A stretch of 63,991 nucleotides of DNA, counting the filler, from Asterionella formosa (taxonomy: Eukaryota), in the NCBI GenBank assembly GCA_002256025.1. It is 5 parts of 5 records of this genome, joined end to end, with 100 filler letters (N's around TTAATTAATTAA, not from the genome) between each part and the next. Parts side by side here need not be neighbours in the genome. Positions count along the whole stretch, not along the records: positions 25,790 to 38,578 come from NKIB01007190.1; positions 38,679 to 51,452 come from NKIB01007196.1; 3 more parts are not named here. The stretch is one strand, 5' to 3'. Below, piece by piece: positions 34,236 to 44,907 of the stretch. Below the pieces are notes generated by a model, which was not told the origin of the DNA, searched no databases, and saw only the letters and a program-made list of their open reading frames with translations. The translations under genes were made by a program, and so were the position numbers. Each line of letters begins with the position of its first letter. The first letter of the stretch is position 1.

Positions 34236-36563
34236 CTATATTTCGCATGTGTCACCTTTCCATCTCTTCATGGCAATTTCAATCTGAGAATGAGTTAGTT
34301 TAACGTCGCTGATGGCAGTTGCGTTCCGAATAGCAATAGAGCAGGCATCACGACAAACACCGTCGATATCAGCACCTGTGGCATTAAGTTCCACAAAAAG
34401 TTCGGCCATGTCGTCCAGGTTAATGTCGTCGTCTTTCGGTACCTTCGATAGCACCAGCTGTAGAATCTGCTGTACATCTTCCTTACTTGGTCGCGCAAGC
34501 GGCACATGCTCTTCGAGGCGCCCGGGTCGGAGCAGTGCAGCATCCAAGTCCTGGACTCGATTCGTGCAAGCCATCACGAGCACACCGCTAGATCCATTGC
34601 TTGAGACTCCGTCCAATTCGTTGAGAAACGTTGTCAGAATTCGAGATGACACATCATGTTCCACTCCATCATTTTCCCTGTTGCTCGCAATGGCATCAAT
34701 TTCATCAAAAAATAGAATGCAAGGAGCGGCACCTCTAGCTCTAGCAAAGAGGGATCGTATCGCGGCTTCGGAGCCACCCAACCACTTGTCTAATACATCC
34801 GACGCTCGGACTCGAACGACATGTAAGCCTAGTGACGCCGCTAAACATCCAGCTGCAAAGGTTTTGCCAACTCCAGTAACTCCGTGGAATAAGACACCAC
34901 GAGGAGGAGAAATTGAGAAAGAATCCACTTGCTCGTCCAAATATCGTCTCCATGGCATGACGACAGTCCTAAAGATACGTTTCTTAATTTCAGCGTACCC
35001 TCCAAAGCTACTCCATGCCCATTCATGGATTTTCGCATAATCAGTACCATCAAATGGGCAATGGGGAGTCTTGGTCACATCCAACTGTGCTAGCTGAGAT
35101 GGGATGCATAGTCTCGCTGCTTCGATCAAGTCGTTCCATTGCAACTCATGTTGTGACTTTGCAGTCGCATCGGAACATAGTTGTTGTAAGTCTCCTGCAA
35201 CACATCCAGCCAGTGCTCCCGACAGTTTCCTTGCCCAATCCGGGCGTTCCAACAATGATTCTAAAATAGCCTCACGTTGCGCTTGTGTTGGTGGTAACAT
35301 GGTTACGGTAACTTCAAGTCGTCCAGCCTTGATTAGCTCAGGAGGAAGTTGCTTGGCGTTGCGAGCAATTCCAACAACACAAGTTCCATTTTCTACCAAT
35401 TGATCAATAGCAGTCGAAATAGAGTTTCGGACTAGAATCCATTCAACAGTATGCTGAACTTCTGATTCAGTGCTGACTTGCAATACTTGAAGGTCATCAA
35501 TAATAACCAATTTTACACCATATTTCAATGGTGGCACAATCATCTCCAACAAATCTTCTTCTGTTGCCCATGAAGCTCGAACCATCAAGTCCTGTACTGA
35601 TATATAGAAATTACCCATTGCAGTAGTAGTAGCCAAGGCAGCCGCGAGTCTTGTTTTTCCTATACCAGCGCAACCAGTCAAGATTATTCCTGTGGGTCTT
35701 CCTGGTCCTTGCATCAAACATTGCAATTTGACAAGCAATGATTCGTACCCTGGACAATCATTAGTATCATATTGTGAAGGCTGCCCAATCCCAAAGTTCA
35801 TTTGTTCCCTTGTTGATAAAGTAACATCATCGTCATAATCATGTAGTAGCTCCAAATGAAATGTACTTGTTGTACCAACTCGAAAGCAATTTTGTTGTCG
35901 TTCTTCTATAGTATGAATTTCTTTTAAATGGCAAATAACAATACAACCTTCCGACAAGACAAGTATTGTGGATTCCTGAATCACACGATTTTCTAACAGT
36001 CGAGCCATTCTTTTTGTGGACATGGTTTCATCCTTGTATAGTACCACAATTCCTACCGTCGCCTCATTGGGCAATGGTTGTATAGTATGACACTTTTCTA
36101 TAATCCAACCATCATGTCTGCTACTAGCAGCAGCAGTAGTATCCTCGGCATACTCATAATGGTGGGATGAATCAGAAATAGACCATAATAATAATGAGTT
36201 CCTTGTACCATTTGTGATATTCGATCCCTCTGAACCAGTATGAATCGTTTTTGTATCGGTCGCATTTCTCGTTTGTGTTTGACATAACACTTGAAATAAA
36301 AGTGAATGAACCAACAGTATACGATAAGACGTGTTTGATGAACTCTCCTCCTTTGTTGGATGATAATGACGGTGCGATGGAACCACCTGTACAATCACGG
36401 AAATTACATTTCTATTACCAGTGGTTTTGCTTTTGGCTGCTGCTGCTTGATGATGATACACAACGACATGATCCCAAGGTTTGATTTGTGTAGTGCCATC
36501 AGAAGCTACAATAATATCATCGGATGACAATAATTGACAAAGAGACAACAGCGATCGATCCAT
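34236..36563 (-). CDS. Two-domain AAA+ ATPase (CDC48/AFG2-SPATA5-like subfamily)
   Basis: D1: GCAGIGKT / VIIDD / AGRLE. D2: PPRGVLFHGVTGVGKT / ILFFDEIDA / TNRVQDLDAALLRPGRLE. Confidence 0.9.
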   Translation of the reverse strand: MDRSLLSLCQLLSSDDIIVASDGTTQIKPWDHVVVYHHQAAAAKSKTTGNRNVISVIVQVVPSHRHYHPTKEESSSNTSYRILLVHSLLFQVLCQTQTRNATDTKTIHTGSEGSNITNGTRNSLLLWSISDSSHHYEYAEDTTAAASSRHDGWIIEKCHTIQPLPNEATVGIVVLYKDETMSTKRMARLLENRVIQESTILVLSEGCIVICHLKEIHTIEERQQNCFRVGTTSTFHLELLHDYDDDVTLSTREQMNFGIGQPSQYDTNDCPGYESLLVKLQCLMQGPGRPTGIILTGCAGIGKTRLAAALATTTAMGNFYISVQDLMVRASWATEEDLLEMIVPPLKYGVKLVIIDDLQVLQVSTESEVQHTVEWILVRNSISTAIDQLVENGTCVVGIARNAKQLPPELIKAGRLEVTVTMLPPTQAQREAILESLLERPDWARKLSGALAGCVAGDLQQLCSDATAKSQHELQWNDLIEAARLCIPSQLAQLDVTKTPHCPFDGTDYAKIHEWAWSSFGGYAEIKKRIFRTVVMPWRRYLDEQVDSFSISPPRGVLFHGVTGVGKTFAAGCLAASLGLHVVRVRASDVLDKWLGGSEAAIRSLFARARGAAPCILFFDEIDAIASNRENDGVEHDVSSRILTTFLNELDGVSSNGSSGVLVMACTNRVQDLDAALLRPGRLEEHVPLARPSKEDVQQILQLVLSKVPKDDDINLDDMAELFVELNATGADIDGVCRDACSIAIRNATAISDVKLTHSQIEIAMKRWKGDTCEI

Positions 36564-37168
36564 ACCTACACATGTATTTTACACTGGAAAGCATATATAG
36601 ACAGATAGAAAGTAAGCAACGGAAGTGGGGTGTATCATCAATGATAAGGTCTTTTGTTGCTATTGACTTGTTTGATGAATATTTTTTTGAGCGAAAATAA
36701 ATTTTTTTTAACATGATATATTATCAAATAACGCATATTATGCGATTTTCAGAAAGTAGTTGCGTATATATACTGGGAATCTGGCTCCCGACTGGAATTC
36801 AAAATTTTGACAGGGATCAAAATACAGGCTTGGGATGACAGGGATCATATCCATTTCTAGCCACCAAGCTGCCCTGGAAAACAATTTTATTACATTGGTA
36901 AATGTTCCCTTTACTAAATTAATTCATTTCCAGATTCCCAAACATCAATTAACATCGGCCCAAATTCGATACATAAAATTATCAGTTAAATCCCATCCCA
37001 AAGTCACAACATGGTCAATACAAGATCCATTACATATCATCCAATGCAGCAAAATCTAGGTCTAAAATATTTTATTTTAGCGCTGTACTTCCCTATTATG
37101 GTATGATGGCAATAATAAGAAGCAAGGAGTTACTTCGCAAGCACATTGCCTATTCATTCATCCATCCA

Positions 37169-38578
37169 TCACACAATACCTGCATATGTCTCATTGGTGC
37201 AAATATTTTCATGCATATTTAGTGAGTGCCCAAAATATGGAGTATGAATATGTAGCTGGTGTTGTAAGAAACAAGAATTGTTGGTTAGCTGTTGGGCAAA
37301 ACGACCAAATCCTCCATATCCAAATATTATACAACGGGCCTCCATGGCAAAGTACAAATCTGCAAATACAGAAAAGAAGTGATGACCATTCCTGCTCTGA
37401 GAATAGTCCAGGTGATGATTGCGTCGATGAATGTCTGGTCGTGTCACTACTCTGACCTTTGATAAGATATCATCAACATGGCGATCTATCTCATATTCAC
37501 CTGTTCGGTTGTGGGTACCAGTATGATTGTAGTGACTCAAGTACTCTGCCAAATTATTAGCATCAGAGAAAAAATATAAGGGCTCATCATCATTCAAAGT
37601 CAGTGTTTGTGCACATTGAATTGCATGTAATGCTACATTGACCGCAAATTCCTTTCCAGCCCCTTCCAAGACCATACCAGATCGATCTATTGAGCCTGCC
37701 CCATACAGGGATTGCAATGGAACACCTTTGGCATGCTGATCAAGCATCAGTGGGTAATGCAAGCGACAATGTATTGCAGTGTATTGTCCCTTGGTTAAAT
37801 TCATGGCATTCTGCATTGTTTCAAGATAACTTTGTAGTCCTAGAGACGGTTTGAACAGAGCATTCCAGATCCATCCAAAAGTAGGTGTTGTATGAATCAT
37901 ATCAGTCTCTCCTAATTCCTTCAAAATATCCTCAAAGAAGTACTCTCCACTATGGGCTGGAAAGGACACTGTCAACAATGGAATACTATGATTCAGAGCA
38001 AATTCAATAGCATTAGGTAATCGTTCCTTCCAGAATATTTCTTCAAATGCGGATTCGCCTGCCTTGTATATATCGAATAGAGCAGGTGCAGATCGTAAAT
38101 CACCAAGGATATCATGTGACAAACCACCAAGTGTCCAATCCAACCAAGTGGGACTAAGAAAAGTTTCAAGTGCCATGGGACTATCTCTATCCCAAACATA
38201 CATCAATAGCCGTTTTGTTTGATTAGCCAAGTACAAGTCAAAGGGAAGAGAACCCAGCCGATCATGGAGCCCTCCACAGTTCCTAAAACAATATACAATC
38301 AATAGTGGTGGAAGAACCACAGCTTCATTGGTGAAATCTGCATTTCCTGAGGTTGCAGTAAAAACCGGATGGGTAGACAATATTTCCTTATGCCAGTCCA
38401 TATAGTCAGTGATCCATTTGGGTGGCTCCCACCCTTCCAATAGTGGACTCCAAGGAAACTCCTCAGTCTCATGAGTGGTTTCTATTGATGGTGGATTGTT
38501 TGTATAATCCGTTGTCGTTTCAGTCTCATAATTTCCTGCTTCAATTGTCTCCTGCCATGATATTCCTGGGTTGTTGTT
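37169..38578 (-). CDS. Putative glycosyltransferase (fucosyltransferase-like fold), 5'-truncated by the scaffold end
   Basis: CGGLHDRLGSLP, YTAIHCRL, LYFFSD, VFADLY..ARCIIFGYGGFGRFA. Frame is open from the scaffold edge. Confidence 0.7.
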   Translation of the reverse strand, partial: NNNPGISWQETIEAGNYETETTTDYTNNPPSIETTHETEEFPWSPLLEGWEPPKWITDYMDWHKEILSTHPVFTATSGNADFTNEAVVLPPLLIVYCFRNCGGLHDRLGSLPFDLYLANQTKRLLMYVWDRDSPMALETFLSPTWLDWTLGGLSHDILGDLRSAPALFDIYKAGESAFEEIFWKERLPNAIEFALNHSIPLLTVSFPAHSGEYFFEDILKELGETDMIHTTPTFGWIWNALFKPSLGLQSYLETMQNAMNLTKGQYTAIHCRLHYPLMLDQHAKGVPLQSLYGAGSIDRSGMVLEGAGKEFAVNVALHAIQCAQTLTLNDDEPLYFFSDANNLAEYLSHYNHTGTHNRTGEYEIDRHVDDILSKVRVVTRPDIHRRNHHLDYSQSRNGHHFFSVFADLYFAMEARCIIFGYGGFGRFAQQLTNNSCFLQHQLHIHTPYFGHSLNMHENICTNETYAGIV

Positions 38579-38678
38579 NNNNNNNNNNNNNNNNNNNNNN
38601 NNNNNNNNNNNNNNNNNNNNNNTTAATTAATTAANNNNNNNNNNNNNNNNNNNNNNNNNNNNNNNNNNNNNNNNNNNN
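38579..38678. other. Artificial scaffold-joining linker
   Basis: N44-TTAATTAATTAA-N44. Confidence 0.97.
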
Positions 38679-38799
38679 GTTGGTGGTAAAGGTGGTCGAA
38701 ATATAGTCGCCGATGAAAATCAGATTGGTGGTCCTCTAAAAAGACTTTTCTTCCGCCTGCAACAATCACATCACCAATTGAAACAGACTCTCAACTGAA

Positions 38800-40437
38800 C
38801 AGGAATCATATAATCAATTATAATGCATTGTCAAAATTGCCGCAGGAAGATATGTATTGCAAAAGTTGTGTTGATAAGTTTGTGAAAGACTATTGCAAAC
38901 AATCACTTCATGACTTTGTAACTTACTTAACATCAAATAGAAAACAAAAATGCTGTCCATCGAACAGCAACGAGAATCATTTCTAGAACAGGATGTGTTT
39001 GACTTTCCGAATTAACAATGAACCAACCATTGATTGTTGTCTCTCCCGAAAATTATGGCTTGGCAAGCAAATTCAAAGTCTCCTCTTCGACATGTCAGAA
39101 ACTGATTTCCCAACTGGAATCTGAAAGAAACAAGCAACTGCAATGGAGACATAAATGATGAGATAATAAATAATGCAATAGAAGCAAAAAAAAATTCTAT
39201 CAACAAACACAGTTTATTTTCGGTTGTCACAAAGCCGGAATGGGACCGGCTGATGCAGATATCATCTGCTCCGAAATAAAGTCACCAATTACCTTTGGAT
39301 TTTGCTCTACACAAGGTAACTTCGGGGTTGTAGCTAGAGGAAGAACTGGTAGGAAAGGCTGAAGTTGCTGCAAGCGCTCTTGCAATGAAAGGGGCATGTC
39401 AGGAAGAAATATCATATCAAACACTCAATGTGCATGACGAGGAGACTGGGCTGACTAAGGATTTAATTTTCAGTGGTGGAATATTCTTACTGGTACGGAC
39501 CGCTTGTCTGTACTGCTGAATATGCCGCGACTTACCGTCTGGCAGAAGCGGTCCAGCAGGAATAAGTACAACTCTGTGAGTGGACATACTTTTTGCATTG
39601 CTGGTGGCTACACGAAAAAGATACTAGACTACAGAGTGAAATCTAAGGTCTGTAATGTGTGCGACAGGGCTAGTATAGGCCTACAGTACAAGAAACCAAT
39701 AATGGAAAATGTTTGCCCCAAGAATCACGTAACTGGTAGTTCGAAGGCAATGGAACCAGACACCGGTGTGGAAATGATGATTGATTCAGTTATGAACAAC
39801 AATGTTATCTACTCTACAATAATCTGTGATGATGATTCTACAATTAGAGCTGTTTCTAAATGGTATTTACAATAGAATTTTTTATACAGGAGATTGTAGG
39901 ACGAAAACTTGAATCACAAGACTCCTATTCCGATAATGACGTTTCAGCGATTAGTGATTCTGATTCCGACATTTTGGAGACCGTTGAAAAGGCCGATATA
40001 ATCGAATTTTTGGACAAAGATAGCTCAACATTGGCATGGTTTGAAGAAGAGTTAAGTACATAGTAGGCAATCTTCATATAGCCCCAGAAGTTAACTTACG
40101 GCGAGAAAGTGCAGAAAGGAACTTCGGTTTTTTACTAGGCCAAATAAACGAGTTGGCCCGGTATCTCTACTATTTTCTTCAGCATAGTAAAAAAAGCGAA
40201 GTTCATTTCTGCACTTTCTCGCCAGATTCTATATCCTGACGATATATAGCGTTGATCTATACCCCTGCTTTGATCAATGACTGTATCTAAGCAACTGGAA
40301 AGCGTGTAAACTGGTGAAAGCTCCGTTTAGCGATATACATTAATATTTTACTAATAAGAAGTGTGTGTTTGATTACTCTGACTTCATATTTCTTTTAACC
40401 TTACCTCAAGCTAGGCAGGGGTTCGAATTCAGGAACC
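38800..40437 (+). mobile_element. Degenerate Kolobok-like ('Mutator-like transposase' PF20700-type) DNA transposon with 3' terminus at TTAA
   Basis: WQKRSSRNKYNSVSGH, KSKVCNVC, CPKNHVTGSSKAME, YSTIICDDDSTIRA. End GGAACC|TTAA at 40432-40441. 27-bp internal inverted repeat at 40100-40126/40197-40223. Confidence 0.75.
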
Positions 40438-40889
40438 TTAAAACAAATATTATCGCAGGCAGATGCAGTATACACCAAAAATAGTTGTACCTATAACCCC
40501 AAGAATTTGTGTTTGTTTGACCAAATTTCTTGGTAGCTCAAGTTTGCATACAAAATTTTGTCTCAACTTTCACACAGGTGCTTCAGAAGGCAGGGTGGAC
40601 TGATACTGAACGACACCAGTAACAGTAACAGAAAAAGCAGATGATTTAATAGTAACAGAAAATGATGAACATGATGATGTCAATCATTACTTCCATTGCA
40701 ATGTACAATCACATCAACAGCAAGTACCAACAATTGCATTGCGACCCCTGTCTGCATCAATTGAATTTCAAACCCTCAAAGATGACAATGGAAGTAGTGA
40801 TGATGAATAATCTTAAGTAGATTGTATACAAGACTACAAAACTTTAATCTATGACTTAAAATGGGTATCTATTAGAATTCCTATGCAAA

Positions 40890-41960
40890 AATATGGCATT
40901 TAAACAAATGCAATTTGTTTCTAACCGACTTTGATTTGGAATATTAGTTTGCTTGCACCTCTCGTTGTAAAGAAATGTATGTTTGATCCTGGGAAAAGAT
41001 TCCGCATTCCCCATTCAGGCAACTGTCTGACTGATGTTTCTTGACAGCCAGGTTACACCAAATCATTGACAAGAAATACCCTGTTTATTCATGATAACAT
41101 TGGTTTGATTTGATGGAATCATTGCATGCTATTTCTTTGATGCAAATGCAGAGTCTGCAACAACTTTCATACTCGCTTCTCACTAAGCATTTTCAATAGT
41201 NNNNNNNNNNNNNNNNNNNNNNNNNNNNNNNNNNNNNNNNNNNNNNNNNNNNNNNNNNNNNNNNNNNNNNNNNNNNNNNNNNNNNNNNNNNNNNNNNNNN
41301 NNNNNNNNNNNNNNNNNNNNNNNNNNNNNNNNNNNNNNNNNNNNNNNNNNNNNNNNNNNNNNNNNNNNNNNNNNNNNNNNNNNNNNNNNNNNNNNNNNNN
41401 NNNNNNNNNNNNNNNNNNNNNNNNNNNNNNNNNNNNNNNNNNNNNNNNNNNNNNNNNNNNNNNNNNNNNNNNNNNNNNNNNNNNNNNNNNNNNNNNNNNN
41501 NNNNNNNNNNNNNNNNNNNNNNNNNNNNNNNNNNNNNNNNNNNNNNNNNNNNNNNNNNNNNNNNNNNNNNNNNNNNNNNNNNNNNNNNNNNNNNNNNNNN
41601 NNNNNNNNNNNNNNNNNNNNNNNNNNNNNNNNNNNNNNNNNNNNNNNNNNNNNNNNNNNNNNNNNNNNNNNNNNAACCCATGAGTTAAGCCAAATGACCT
41701 TAATAATCATATAGGAACCACGAGTGTTAGTACATGCAAGCCAAGTGCTAGACAACTGATGGAGCAGAAGAATCTGGGACGACCTTTTTGTTTGTTACAT
41801 TCTTGACAACGAAATCAGCATTTTCCTACAAGGAGTAAAAGAATGAAAACAAGCAAGGCTGAAACACCCCAGATGTAGGACAAGCTCAAAAGAAGGATGG
41901 TTGAGCCCACATTATGTGATGAGAGAGTCCGATCATGCTTGCTGTTGAGCTAACAAAGTC
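40890..41960 (-). mobile_element. Degenerate PIF/Harbinger transposase spanning an assembly gap
   Basis: Before the gap: SLIT*CGLNHPSF, KGRPR, LACTNTRGS. After the gap: KVVADSAF, EWGMR, SFPRIK. Many frameshifts. Confidence 0.7.
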
Positions 41961-43076
41961 CAGAATGGACTTGTCAGAGGTGGGTGCTGAAATGGCTGGC
42001 ATTGGATTTTGTTGCATTATTTTCTGACCTTGTCAACTGACAAACTTTCAATAAAAGATGACAACTTTTTTACTGATGTGGATCATATGCTGCCAAGAGT
42101 AGCAATGTGATGATCATGCTGTCATCATTGTCATCAGGAGATGAGAGGAAAGCCGACATGGTCAGTGACCAATGATGATGCAATTATTCACATGAATGAT
42201 AATATATAAAATGAAAAAGAAGAGGCATAACAAACAAGAGGATGCTTTGCTATGAAAATTCACTTGATAAAAATTATAGTTAAAATTATATTTCATGTCA
42301 GATAAGCAATCTAAATATTTCTATTAATATCAGAGAGCAATGACGATATTATAAATCAAATCACACGAACAATTTATGTTACAACATACACATGCATCTG
42401 CAATACTATTCTTTTTAATAATCGGAGTGCTCCCACTCATTAAAAGCGATCATTTCTTCAGTGATAATTGACAAATCCTACATGGTGTCTACGTAAATGT
42501 ATGTAAATACATACAACCAGTGTTGAATCTCCGAAATTTTAAGATGTCGTCCTCGATTCGCGATTCTTCTTTTCAAATTGTTCATCTCTGCTCGGCGAAT
42601 CTTGGCAACATTCCAAAGTTATTACAAGCTGAGCAGCAACGAGAGCGGCACCATCCGAAACGTTGTGCATATGCATTATATTTAAACATGTATATGAAGA
42701 AATGTCACCAGAACCCGAGGAGAAAGAATTGAAAAACTTAGCGGATGCATCATGAATCACGACTACTGTGAAGCCAACTGTTTAATTAATGTCTGAAATG
42801 TCAAGTTCTGCGGCGCGTGCCAGCACCAGGTGTACGAATAATAATGATCTAATGTAAAGTGACACACTCGCTATAGCTATGCTGGCACAAAAATTGTAAT
42901 CACGAAAGGAATAACAAAGGCACAGAAAAACTACGACTACCGCTACCTTGTGATAGATACTCCGGAAGGACTTAAAATATTTTTACGCCCGAGTAATATT
43001 ACACCGTTGTTCTATCATATATCAGTACCAGTAATATAACATGCATACTATAGACATAGTTTCAGCCTGACGACTG

Positions 43077-44489
43077 ATGAATTTCGGTCATAATCAAGAG
43101 TTTTTCAAAGTGAAAGTCCCCTCCTGTACTAAAATACTCGGGCGAATGAACAGAATAATGATGTTTCATACAAAAAATCAAAGCACAAGTAATCCGAGTG
43201 GCGATCATGGGTTAAGGAGGATGAACATGGCTCAAGTTGAGGACATCGAGCGACTCGATCGATTGGATGCCGAAGAGTTGATGCATGCTGCGCTGACTGC
43301 GTCAGTCACTTCCTTGAGTTCAGCTTCGCCTCTCTCATCTCAGAGAAGGAGCAGGGCACCGCGCCTACCTCCTCCTCAATCAAGTTTGGATACTCCTAAG
43401 CGGATTTGCCCATCGACGTGGAAGCTTTTTGCGATATCCCTTCTCATGATATCTTGCATCTCAGCTGGCGTTGTCACCGTACTTGAGTTTAAGGAAACTG
43501 GTAACATAATACCTCATCGTTCCATTGATATTGTAACTAGAAGTGATCTCGAAGTGACACTTCAAATCACCGAAGGAATGCAATCACATCGAATTCAACA
43601 GTTAAATTACACTCATTTTGATATGCCTCCCTTGTTTAATCTGATCCTTGAAGATTTCGACGAAACGTTAAGGCAGACATCCGAACGTGATGTGGATGGA
43701 AACATACGTCAGAAATCTATGCCTGTACATTTTCTTATTCCTGGAAGTGGGCAAGATACGATAACCCATGTTATTGGAGCATGCCTTGGGCTAACACAGG
43801 GAATGGACCAGACTGGGATCAATGGAACTGGAGTTAAGCACAGCTCTGCTGGTGAATACTTGATGGTAGACATGCAGGTTGTGCCGTCCCTGAATTTGAA
43901 TGTTGTTGATATCTTGTTATCCAGCTCGCTGCATTCGTTAAGGGGATTCCTATCAAACCTGCAACTACGGGGAAAACTCGTTGTAGTCTTCCGCCACCCA
44001 CTCGAGAGAATGTTGACTTTATACTATTCATCAAAAGATTCAAGGAGCTCGTTGTTTAATCCTTCCCTTGGATCCATTACGTTGCAAGAGTTTGCTACCT
44101 GGCCTGAAGACCGACCTGAGTTCAATTTTGTTACCAAATCGTTTTTGAGCAAAGGAAATGATCTCATCACATCAGATCAAATCACTGCAGAAAACTTCGA
44201 AATTGTCAAGGGCGTTCTCCATGCAAAAGCATTGATTCTTCTCAATGATGACAAACTCGCAAGTTGGACCAAAATGGTGAAATGGATGAATTGGAATGAG
44301 GACCAAGAAGGTCGACAGTGTGCGGATGCCACACTTGTCCAAGAATCGCATGCATCAGCCAATCATCAACCACTGGAGCAAAGTTCCGTTACTTCAGCCT
44401 ACCTTTTGCAGCGAAATAATTGGGATCTACAACTCTTTGAATTTGCGGTTCAACTGTATCAACACCAAAGTAAAGTTCTAGTAAATTGA
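43077..44489 (+). CDS. Type II membrane sulfotransferase-fold protein (Sulfotransfer_2-like)
   Basis: TM segment LFAISLLMISCISAGVVTVL; PVHFLIPGSGQDTI (degenerate PSB); LVVVFRHPLERMLTLYY; RNNWDLQLFEFA. Confidence 0.8.
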   Translation: MNFGHNQEFFKVKVPSCTKILGRMNRIMMFHTKNQSTSNPSGDHGLRRMNMAQVEDIERLDRLDAEELMHAALTASVTSLSSASPLSSQRRSRAPRLPPPQSSLDTPKRICPSTWKLFAISLLMISCISAGVVTVLEFKETGNIIPHRSIDIVTRSDLEVTLQITEGMQSHRIQQLNYTHFDMPPLFNLILEDFDETLRQTSERDVDGNIRQKSMPVHFLIPGSGQDTITHVIGACLGLTQGMDQTGINGTGVKHSSAGEYLMVDMQVVPSLNLNVVDILLSSSLHSLRGFLSNLQLRGKLVVVFRHPLERMLTLYYSSKDSRSSLFNPSLGSITLQEFATWPEDRPEFNFVTKSFLSKGNDLITSDQITAENFEIVKGVLHAKALILLNDDKLASWTKMVKWMNWNEDQEGRQCADATLVQESHASANHQPLEQSSVTSAYLLQRNNWDLQLFEFAVQLYQHQSKVLVN

Positions 44490-44907
44490 TCTTGATATAG
44501 GTTTCTTCTCTGTGATCGCTTTACTCTTTCTTTTAGGTCGATGCTGAAAGCGAATCATTACTGTGGTAAAATAGAACAAAGCTGAATCTTTCCGCGAAAA
44601 GGTAAGAAATGATATGATGGATCAACCGCTTAGACCAAACGAACAGCCCAGGGCCAACATGTTACATCGAGAAGCAACTCGTTCACACAAAAAGCACTAT
44701 ATGGCGTTCATGTGAAATCTTATTCACACGACGATTAGAAATGCATTCTACGCAATCATGAACATCGACCACCTTAATGTCGAGAAGCAAGGGCTTCACT
44801 AGAAATTTAATAGAATGGTAGATTGAATTGACTCGAATTTCCTGTCATGGATTATCTCCCATCATTCTTCCCATAATCCCTGATACGTACGTCAATTGAA
44901 TGACGGG

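Noticed and set aside
34312..35403. Plus-strand ORFs of 242, 84 and 99 aa
   Set aside because: Antisense shadows of the AAA ATPase.
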